A stretch of DNA of 64,000 nt from Podarcis bocagei (Eukaryota): NCBI GenBank assembly GCA_964188305.1, contig OZ076889.1. One strand, given 5' to 3'. Positions 24,626 through 35,100 of this stretch are shown here, one piece after another. Positions within the stretch are counted from its first letter, which is position 1. Every line of letters begins with the position of its first letter. The notes under the pieces are model-generated. The model searched no databases. It was given only the letters and a program-made list of their open reading frames with translations, and was not told the DNA's origin. The position numbers were made by a program, and so were the translations under genes.

Positions 24626-26100
24626 ATTCTCCTAAAGGCCTCCAAAAGCATTATTTTTGAGAACTCAAATTAGGTGTAACCAGAAAAATGCAAATTGTGA
24701 ATAGTTTGGTTCAAAATGCTGGAAAATCTGCGACAGTTGGGCTTCTCTTTCCCTCCCTCCCTCTGTTAACCTTAGTGCACTCAGTTTTTCCTTACACCCA
24801 CCCACCAGAATGTCTTACAATTTAAAAACCAAGCTACATTTGTCATGGTGTAGAGGAGGGGTCCCTAACCACGTTGGGCCTACAGGCACATTTGGAATTT
24901 CGGGAGTGTTTGCATGACCACAGATTGACTGCTGCTGTTACCAAATGTTGGAAGCATACACAGCTGTCATCTTCTCTTGCCAGCTCAGAGTGATTTTTAA
25001 AAATGAGACGTGGGACAGACAAAGTTCACCAATGGAGAGGGAAAACCTAGTGAGGCCTGCCTGTTAGTTGGAGCAGTGTACTACTGCTCAGCACAAGAAG
25101 TGCAGAAGCAAGTCCATACCCAGTGCTGTATCATCTCTTACTCCTCACAATGACCTTGATGGCCTTTTCTTCTGGACTACTCTATAATGTCTATGTGGAT
25201 GGCAAAGGTTGCCAGTTGGGTACTTATAACTCCCATGTGTCAATTCCAGTGAACACAAAAAAAACGAACTTAGGTTCACCTCTCTGCTGCTAACAGCCAT
25301 GCAGCTGTTAAAGCTCGAATTGCAACATAGGATACCATATCACCTAAATAACCTATCTGTAAAGTGCATGGCCCTTGACAACTGATGAAAAGCTCTTAAC
25401 CCAACATTTTTAAACTAAAGGTTTTGTTAATTTGGTTATATTTTGAGAAGGCTATGCTCAGACAAATTTGAAACTCTGTGAGAAACCGTAAAAATGAATT
25501 ATTTTATAAGTGACACCAGTTGGGTGGCACCCTATATAACTATGCCTATTAAGTGAAAATAGTTGTTAATATGGTGAATATGCCAAATCAATTCACAACA
25601 TACCCAAACAAGTTCTCATTTTCTTGTGTTATTTAATTATCCCTTTCTCTCAAAGGCATAAGAGGGCCTGAGCTCCTTCTATAATAGTAGTGATCCAATC
25701 CTACAACAGGAAGTTCTTGTTATCACCAAGTGGGAAGCTATGGACTTCTTTAAACATGCAATGAAAATTATTTTTACTCTTCCAGAATAAGTGCAACTTA
25801 AACATGAAACTGTTACTAGGCTTACACTGCAAACACTTGGTACCAACTTCTTTTGCTTATCCATGCAATGATTCAAATTAATCCTGTCACATACACGCTT
25901 TCGTCCAATTTTATTCCACCTCCATAAACTTGGGATTTTTGCAAAAATTCAAGCCTCCCTGGTTTGGCTTACAAAATCATGGACAGAAGATTCCTTTGAT
26001 AAACAATGGCTGATCTTGTAATAAACTAATACCCACGCAGGAAACACTTGATACCAATTAAAAAGCATCTTCTAATAGGTATGATTCCTATAATTGATCA

Positions 26101-26106
26101 TTTATT
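26101..26106 (-). terminator. Candidate ROMO1 polyadenylation signal (a more proximal one at 26272-26277)
   Basis: TTTATT on + = AATAAA on -, downstream of the ROMO1 stop. Confidence 0.5.
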
Positions 26107-26339
26107 TGAGGTCACATCCACGGAGATTCATTGTATACAGAGATTCCATTGCTTCTAAATCTCCACTGCCTCTGGCACTTTTGTTACGGAGAAAAAGATT
26201 TACAAACTCTTGCTACAGCAATAAAGGCCGAAACTTATTTTGATGGGTTATTCAATCTTGGTGCAGAGATTTTTATTCTACTACATAGCAGAAGTTCCAA
26301 CTTGCCAGGGGTATTGGTCTTCGTGATAGAAAAGTAACA

Positions 26340-26448
26340 TTAACAGCGGATTCCCATGCCAATTGCCATAAATGTCCCAAAAGTTCCACCACTCTGCATC
26401 ATGGTTTTGCCAACACCACCCATCAATTCTCGCCCTCTCATGCCAAAC
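26340..26448 (-). CDS. ROMO1: ROMO1 last coding exon
   Basis: minus strand tttag|G TTT GGC ATG ... CGC TGT TAA. Confidence 0.96.
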
Positions 26449-27385
26449 CTAAAAGAGAAGAAACAATGACAGAGGTGGTTACTTCCCACAATAATCACAG
26501 GAAAATAATTTTGTATCTGATTACTGGGAAATGCAATCAACATAAACTTTACTAATTTTGAGTGGGTACTTTGGAGTGACCTATACAGCAAGTTAGCTCA
26601 TAGTAAGCACGGGGTGGTCTGCCAGCCAGTGCAACTTAACAAACAGAAGTACTTCCCATAAACTAAACTCTAATTCAAAGAGAAGTTAATGATAGCAGGT
26701 CATTTGAAAACACCCATCTTCTAGGATTTAGTATTAATCCCAAACCCCATCCTTTACTTTGCTAGTATATATACACCAACACAGTTTAAGAGTACAAAGT
26801 TTTAGTACTAATTACTCTCCAGCTGAAGTAATTTCTACTATAGATTTTATCTAAAGCTTTATACTCATGAATGCATCTTGCTCTCAGAGATGTACAGGAT
26901 TGCAGTCATGGTCTGTTATCTGGCAACAATCCACAGAACAGGTGGGGAAGTAAGCATAAAAGATTGTTAAGTACAGGTGGTGGCCATTTGGGGCACGTCC
27001 AATTGACACGCAATCACTGACACATGGGTCCTTATGGACTTGGAAGAGTACAGACCATGGCCGTAATGAGGGCGGGAGACATTTATATCTGCATCTCCGA
27101 CTCATGCTGGGCTGGAAATGGAATCCCTGCTCGAAATGGTTACCACCTGTGCTACGATCATATTGCATTATTTTGCTCTGTTCCTAAGCCAGGAAAGGAT
27201 TTATGTTGCATTCAATTTAGGATTTATGTTGCATTCAACTACATTCCAACATACCTGAGACAAGAAAATGTGCCAAACAGTGCACCTGCTGCCATACCAA
27301 CAGCAAAGCCCATCATGAAGCCCATCTTCACTCTGTCAAAGCAACTGGGTTGGGATTGGCCATATGGCCCCACTGTCACAGGCAT
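26340..27385 (-). CDS. ROMO1: Reactive oxygen species modulator 1, complete CDS in two exons (79 aa)
   Basis: Exons 27385-27255 (131 nt) and 26448-26340 (109 nt) give [79 protein letters not shown]; GT-AG intron. Confidence 0.97.
27255..27385 (-). CDS. ROMO1: ROMO1 first coding exon
   Basis: minus strand tttag|ATG CCT GTG ... CTC AG|gtatgt. Confidence 0.96.
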
Positions 27386-28930
27386 CTAAAAATATAAAAA
27401 AATACTTAAAGAATATCTATCGCTTCCGTGCAGAAGATAATCCTCATCTCCAGTGTGGATAGACCACTCCAAATATGAAAGTGTGATCAATGTACATGAC
27501 TGTTATGAATAACATAGGTGAAAAAGAAGTCCCTGCACCAAGAAGTTTTCAATAGCACCATCTGAATTCATAATTTGAATCGCTTCATCCAAAATAAAAC
27601 TTGCTACAAATGTCTCTTTTTATGGAAGTTGTAGTTAAGGGGGAATGTGGTCCTATTTAGACCACAAAGATTTTCTCAAAATGCCCCAGGGAGGCAAATG
27701 AGTTAAACATGCAGTAAGCGCTACCTGTATGAAGATACGGTAATTAGTTTCCTGCACTAAACCTAGTACTGCATTATTCTAGTCACATTTTCTTTGGGAT
27801 TGCCAATCAACTGTGTGATATAAATGTACAAATGATGAATGCAAGTCAGTTAAGGACTAGGCTGAAAAGCACTTTGGACTCAACATTATTAATTGTTTTA
27901 AAAAAAGTTTTAATTTCATTTTGCAATATATAATAAAGAACTGTTACAAATCAACTTCATTGAATGAACAGCAATTTAGAAATTAACTATAAACTTTGAG
28001 ATTTTAAGCTATTTGCATTTACTACCCTGTCTGGTATCTTAAGAAATACTTAGACAAAGTTCTATTTTGCAACTGTTTAAATTATTAAATATTTAAACTG
28101 TGGAGCAATACTTTCCCACTAGGTAACACTTGTAGTAGTTCAATAGTTTAGCAAGCAGAAGTTCAAACACACAAGTTGCCAAACAATCCCAAACCAAAAG
28201 GGCGTGACAACAGGCAAATATATTGTTAACATTAGCTTGAAGGATATATATCCCCACTGAATCTTCCAGGGAGTTCAGCTGGCTTAGCCATTATTTGTAA
28301 TGTGGTGCAATCTAGACCTTGAACTCGTAGACGTTTACGTAATGCTTTTTATATTAAAAAAAACACCAAAAGGCCAGCAGCATAGCCACCCTATTTTAAA
28401 GATTAAAATTCCTATATTCTTGCTTATCTCTTGTGCGAGTATCAGCAGTTTCCTCCAATATGGAGAAACGGACCAGTTTCTGGAAAAACACCGCCGCTGT
28501 TAAAGGGATACAAAGAGGAATAATTCACAAAAGACCGACAGCTCTTTGTTGGGGATGTGCGGGGGAGGGGGCGCAATAAGATGGGCTCCAGAATAACACC
28601 CGCGACTTTAGAATTTTTAGGTTACGTGGCAACGAACACCGAGGTCTTTAAATACTGTACGTTTAAGGGCGTGCGTATCTCTCTGTCCCACTTGCTTATT
28701 GAGTTGCTCAGTTTCGCTGAAACCACAAAGGCCAACGACGCGGGGAAAGGCTCGGGAGACGAGAACGACGCAAACGGCGGCATCGCTATGGCAACCGAGA
28801 GAGACCCCCCCCACCCCACCCCCACCCGGATACGCAGCGTCAGAAAGCCCCCCCCCCCCCTGGACCACCTCGCTTTCTGGGCCCGCCCGCAAACAGCCTT
28901 TGCCCTGCTTCTTCCCTCGCCCCCCCTCAC

Positions 28931-28990
28931 CTCGACCACTCCGCGCTTCGTTCCACCCGAGTTTCCCTCAGCGCGGCCTGCGCTTCCGTC
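28931..28990 (-). other. ROMO1: Probable non-coding first exon of ROMO1 (5' end approximate)
   Basis: Strong minus-strand donor CGAG|GTGAGG at 28931/28930 inside the CpG island, followed by G-runs; the coding exon starts right at an acceptor so an upstream exon is required. Confidence 0.65.
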
Positions 28991-29099
28991 GCACTCCGAT
29001 TACGTCGCAGGAAACGGCTCTCCCGGGGGGAGGCGAAGAGGCGAGCATCGTCGTTGTGGGTGCCTGTCGGCTGGGCGAAGGACGGGAGGCGGAGGGACG

Positions 29100-29190
29100 A
29101 TGATGGCGGTGCGGCCGGCGACATGGCGGGCTGTGAGAGGACTGCTAGCCGGCCAAAGGAGGCGGCTTTCAATGGCTCCGCAGCAGCAAG
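29100..29190 (+). CDS. NFS1: NFS1 exon 1 (mitochondrial presequence)
   Basis: [30 protein letters not shown], Arg-rich with no acidic residues; CAAG|gtaacg donor in phase with exon 2. Confidence 0.88.
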
Positions 29191-32100
29191 GTAACGGCGC
29201 TCTGTCCTTTGCAATCCCGCCAGAAGGGCGAGCGAGCCTGGCGGGACGCCCGGCGGATCGCGAGTTTCAGCAGAAGCAGCTGGTAGGCGGCTCCCTTCCG
29301 CGGCTGCGATGGCACCTGCCTCCTGGGCAATGTTATGTTTTCTGCTGCTGCTGCGGGCTTGGGAAGCTCGCGCAGGGGACAAAAACCAAACACGAGTGAG
29401 AGTCGCCCGGTCCCTTCTTCCCTAAGGCAGCTTGCTCAGTATTTCATTTTTTTTTTCCTCTTGAGGGCTTACTCTCTGAAGTGGGTTTGCTGTCACATGG
29501 AAACAACCTTGGCTGAATGTGAAAGTAGTAGAGGATCGGGGCCGTAGAGCCGTAAGATCGGACGGGGTAGAGCCGCCGCAGCGACGCTACTGCTAGCCCC
29601 ATGGCATGATGCGAAGAGCTCAAACGCAGAAAGAGAACGTGTCAATAAATAGCTACGCCCCCCGGTGTTGTGGTGGCCCGTCCAACTTTCTCTCCCGTCA
29701 GCTACAGCAAACGGCATTTCATAGAATCATATTTCATAGAATCATATTTCGATTGAGTCCTACTGTAGCAGCCCAAGGGATCGTTGAGATGACGGGGGTG
29801 GGATTACAGCCCGTTGAAAGTTACAGGCCCAACCTTGAGTTTGCAAAAGTGGCGTAGTTAGTAAATGGGCAGGAACTCATCGCGACAGCTCACATGGTTA
29901 CATTCCTAAGAACAGTTAAAGGGTGGGGAGTAGGCTTCTTTGTTGATCAGCAATACATTGCATAATGCCCATTTTTAAACTGGGAGGGACTTGGGTTCAC
30001 ATCTTCAATCAGCCATGAAGTTCACTGGGTGACCTTGGGCCAGTTAAAGTCTGAGCCTAGCCTACCTAATAAAAGTATTATGTGCCAGACCAGATCCAAC
30101 TTCCAAGCTTGCAGTGCTGGCAAATACTGCCCAGTCAGATGCCATTGCTCCAGGTATGAATAACTACGGAAGCTCCCATGTTCCTTCTCCACTGCATCAC
30201 TGGTTGGAAACCTTTTCTCAGCAATCCTAAGAGGAGCCAAACATTCTGAATCTGAAAATGTTTTATATGTTACATATAGCTAAGCTATGGAGATAATCTT
30301 ACTCTTTGAACACTTCACTATTGTGTGAGCTCAGTTCAATTGATTTCTGCTGGTGGTTCAGTTTCAAACTTTTAAAATGCCACTTTCTGGTTGAAATGCT
30401 TTGTTATAGCTGCCTGAACAATATAGTCCTGTGTATCAGCTTCTGAAGCTGAACTAAAGTGGAAGTATTTTTGAAAAATATGTTTTAACCACCTGTCTGA
30501 ATTGCTTGTGCATTAATTAATCTTCATATTATACTACATGCTGGAATAAGTCCTCCACCCCATAGTAGAAATGATATCTTCTGCAAATTTGCATTTGTCA
30601 CTCATATAGTTGTCTTTCCCTAGGCATAGGCAGTGCTGATGAAACTTCGCTTCGACCATTGTACATGGATGTCCAAGCAACTACTCCTATGGTTTGTGAA
30701 CTAAGTACTGTACTCTTTTGAGGAGCATTTGTTTAAACAAACACATTGTTTACAGAGTAGTCCTGCACTATTTACTCAGAGGTAAATCCTACTATGTTCA
30801 GTGGGGGCTTACTGCTAGGTAAGTGCATAGGATCACAGCCCATGTTTCCTGTTTACCCTGAGATGTTTGATAGGTGAGAGAATAATACAATGTGATATCT
30901 GACTAAGATGTACTCAGGCTAGAACTGTAGAAATGATAATTCCTAGAGTCTGACTGAGTCAGATGCTTCTCATTGGATCTAGTAGTAAGAGAACATGGCT
31001 GAACATTTACAGCCTGTTCTTAATCACATTTTAATCCTATTTACTCTGAAATAAAGACTGCTGCCATACTGGCCGTAATGTCTTGTGTACACAAACAGAA
31101 AGAAGATTGTAGCCTTAATAACAGGTCTGGGTGTGTTCCAAGCATTTGGGTGTGTAGGGGAAAACTCTTCAATACAGATTTTTTTTAATGATGAAATGAA
31201 ATAGAATAACTATTAATACTTTGTTCTAGGACCCTAGGGTTTTGGATACCATGCTTCCCTATCTTGTGCATTTTTATGGTAACCCACACTCAAGAACTCA
31301 TGCTTATGGTTGGGAGAGTGAATCTGCTATGGAAAAAGCTAGACAGGTGAGATTTCTGCATTTTTCTTATAATTCATTTATGAACTGCTTATCAGTCAAA
31401 TCTCATGGCACTATATGTATGGGAATTTCATCCAGAAGACAAAATGTATCAAGGAGTTAGTGATCTGACACGGTTACCCTTCCTGCCTCTGTTCCTTCCC
31501 CCTCCCTTGCTGTTGTTAAATTTTAATGTCCTGAGAATGAGAAGGTGATGCCCCCCCCCCACAGCTGCCTTAATCAGTTGTGGAGGATAATGCTGGGTAC
31601 ATTCTTTGCTATTGGACATTGTTTTGAGAAAGTGAGACATTGGGAAGGAGGGGGCAGCTAATGGATGATCTGCAGGTAGCCAGTCTAGGAAGGCACAAGG
31701 CTATCTATAAAATCAGGCAGTTTGTGCAGAGTTTCTTTGAAGCTCGTACACGGACTGATCGGTCACAGGACCGTGCAAACTGAGACTACCTGGGGGAGTC
31801 GCTTTGCCACTTCTTGTGGGCTTCCAAGTGGCAGATTGAAGTGCTTACTTTGTATACATTGCTTGCTGTTTTAGAATAAAATCTTTAATCTTCTCACTCA
31901 CCTGTGTATTTTGTATTGCTTCTGAATCTTATTTTAAAAGAATTACCTTGCCTTTGGCAAGACAGTATACAAAATAAAGAAAAGCAAGATACAAACATAA
32001 AACAGTTAAGGGTACATTAAACCCAATGTAAAACCAACATGAACAATTGCCAGTAGTGCTATCCTGGCATTCAGTGCCAGTTGCAGCTTCCAGACAAACC

Positions 32101-35100
32101 TCAAGGGCAGCTTCACGTAGATCACATTCTAGTAATTCAACCTTGAGGGGATAAATATATGGACCACTGTGGCCAAGCTATCCTTGTGCAGCCAAAACTG
32201 ATAGAAAGCTGATAGAAGGTGCTATGAGCCCCTGAGACTACTTGGGCCTATAGTGACAAAATTGGAGTCAGCAGTACACCTAAGCTACATACCTGATTGT
32301 TCAGGAAGAATGCAGTCCAACCCAGAATAGGCAGCTGAGCTGCCTTCTGGACTTGGGCACCACTTACCCACAGAGCTTCCATCTTGTCAGGATTCATTTT
32401 CAGTTTATTGGCTATCATCCATCCCACCACTTCATCCAAGCATGTTTAATATTTGCATAGCCTCATCTGATTTAGATTTCAGAGAGAAATAGATAGAGCA
32501 GGGTGTCATCAGCATACTGGTAACACCTTACTCCAAATCTCCTAACAACGACACCTAACAGCTTCATGCAGATGTTAAACAGCCCTGGGGTCAGGACGGT
32601 TTCCTGTGGCACCCCATAGCACACTTTGCGGGGGGCCAACAAAACTCCCATGCGGTGCTACTCTTTGAAATCAGCCCAGGAGATAGGAGCAAAACCACTG
32701 CAACACAGTGCCTCCAACACTCATCCCAGGAGGTTACTATTGTTAATGGCATCAAAAGCCTCTGGGAGATCAAGTAATAGCAGCAGGGTCACACTCCCCT
32801 GTCCCTTTTTTGATAAAGACAACCCATCAGCAACCGAGGCAATTCAGCCATGAAATCAGACCTGAAGATTGCAGTGGGTTAGGGTAATCTGTCCTCCAAG
32901 AATGCCTGTATATGTGCTGCTGCTACCTTCCCTCTAAAAGAGGGTACTAGTGACCAGGCAGTAGGTGGCAAATGCTACTGGACCAAGTTTTGTTTTGTTT
33001 TTAATATAAAGAAGTGGCTGCACCACCACCTGTGGGCATAAAAATGCAGTTTAATTCTAAATCTGCCTTTGCTGACTTATGAAGCAGTTGGGTTTTGAAA
33101 CAGATAGGTAGCCGTGTTGGTCTGCCATAGTCAAAATAAAAAAATTCCTTCCAGTAGCACCTTAAAGACCAACTAAGTTAGTTCTTGGTATGAGCTTTTG
33201 TGTGCATGCACACTTCTTCAGATACCTGAAGAAGTGTGCATGCACACGAAAGCTCATACCAAGAACTAACTTAGTTGGTCTTTAAGGTGCTACTGGAAGG
33301 AATTTTTTTATTTTGGGTTTTGAAAGATGCTACAAAAATTGTCTGGTGAATGTGATTTTCTGCCTCAAAGTAGTAACATTACATTATTGTGTTCTGTCTT
33401 TTTATAAACAGCAAGTTGCATCGTTAATAGGAGCAGATCCTAGAGAAATTATTTTTACCAGTGGGGCAACAGAATCAAACAACATAGCAATTAAGGTAAA
33501 TGAGCATATTGTAATCCCAAGTGATGGTGATGTAAAAACAATTCACAGTAGTCTAGATGTTCAAATATTACTGTCCTGTCTTGTGTTATAATTAAGGCAG
33601 AAGCTTAATACAATTGCAGCAACTAACAGTGCAATCCTGTGTATGTTTTTTGGCTTTACCTGAGAATAAATAAAAGTATTGGCAAGTCTTAAAAAGTGCT
33701 AAACCTATTACCTTGTGTGCAGTTTTTTTTAAAAGTTTTAAAGTCACAATTCTCTACATAAAGTTATTTGGATAATGTTATTGTTTTTGCATTTGCAGGA
33801 TGAGCATACTGAGTCATGTTAAATATCTAGAGATACTTTGTTGTTTCTGATATAAATGTATTGTAATTGTAACTTGGTTGAGATCGTATAGCGATATACT
33901 GTAAGTTCCTAAAACAACTTGGTGTAAACTTAACCAGGTTCACAGCACACTCCTATGCACGTCTACTCAAAAGTAAGTCCTACTGAATTCCGTGGGAATT
34001 CCGTGTGCATAAGAGCCTCAGGCTGTGGTCTTGAACTCATTTATTAGGAGGTAAGCCCTATTGAACACAGTGGGACTTCCTTCTGTGCAGACATGCATGT
34101 AAGATTGTACTGGTAGTTGAATTAAACTTCTGCCTTCCTTAAAGTAGATTGCACTAATGTTTCTTGATGTTAAGAGGCCTATTGTATAACCAAACCTAAT
34201 TCTGCCTGCTTTGTACTTAAAACAGTTATGCAAAGAGAGAGTTGCATTATCAAAACTAACCGACAGGTCTCTTTTCAAGATTCTTCTCTGCACTGCAGTT
34301 TGTAAGGTTTCTGTGGCTACAGTTTTGCTTTGTAGCTATTTCCCATAATTGCACTGAGGAAAAATGTTGTAAAAATATGTAAAAAATGAAAATATGTAAA
34401 AATGAAACCATGACACTTACTTAAAAAACTGAGCTAAAGTTGAAAATTGCCAAGATTACTTGAATAGTTTTTCATATGCAATCCTTTGCATATTTACTCA
34501 CAAGTAAATCTCATTGTGTTCAGTGGGGCTTACTCCCATGTAAGTGTGTACCATTTTGGGCTGCAATCCTATGCACACTTTTGGGAGTAAACCCCCTCAC
34601 TTGGTGGGACCTAGTTCTGAGTAAATGTGCCTAGGATTTGTTGTCTATTGCCTGAAGATTCAAGGTAACTGGGCGTTTTACATTTTTTTACTTGATACTT
34701 ATAGAAACTACGGATTTCCAGCAGTTTTGATCTAGATTTTTTCCCTGTTTTATCTGTGTAAAGGGTGTTGGAAGATTCTATAAATCCAGAAAGAAACATA
34801 TAATTACAACACAAACAGAACACAAGTGTGTGCTGGATTCATGCCGCGCCCTAGAAGCTGAGGGATTTCAAGTCACATACTTGCCTGTACAGAAAAATGG
34901 GATTATAGATTTAAAGGTAAATCACTTGTTTCCAAATTTGTATTCATGTGATTGCAGCTTCTCCCTTTTTCAGTCTTTTGCAATGGAATGTTAACAAAAA
35001 TGCAGTCTTCCACTTAGAATATGGATGCTACAGAGAGCTGTCTAAGTGAAAACTGGTGAAATGTTTGTTGGGTTGCAGTGACAAAAGGGTGAGGTTTACT

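Larger units (their letters stand above)
28550..29720. promoter_or_regulatory. CpG island / bidirectional promoter of ROMO1 and NFS1
   Basis: GC- and CpG-rich against an AT-rich background; ETS-type CTTCCG (28983-28988) and CAGGAA (29008-29013) on opposite strands flanking a CRE-like TTACGTC (29000-29006); genes diverge from here. Confidence 0.88.

Noticed and set aside
28557-29399. 280-aa ORF across the bidirectional promoter
   Set aside because: GTG start, stop-poor CpG island; only 29100-29190 is NFS1 exon 1, the rest is promoter and intron.
29716-29750. 15-bp tandem duplication CATAGAATCATATTT
   Set aside because: Short local duplication resembling a CR1 tail unit; no further structure.
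33940-34635. Spaced palindromic repeats superficially like a CRISPR array
   Set aside because: Irregular spacing, divergent copies, eukaryotic intron; a dispersed repeat family.
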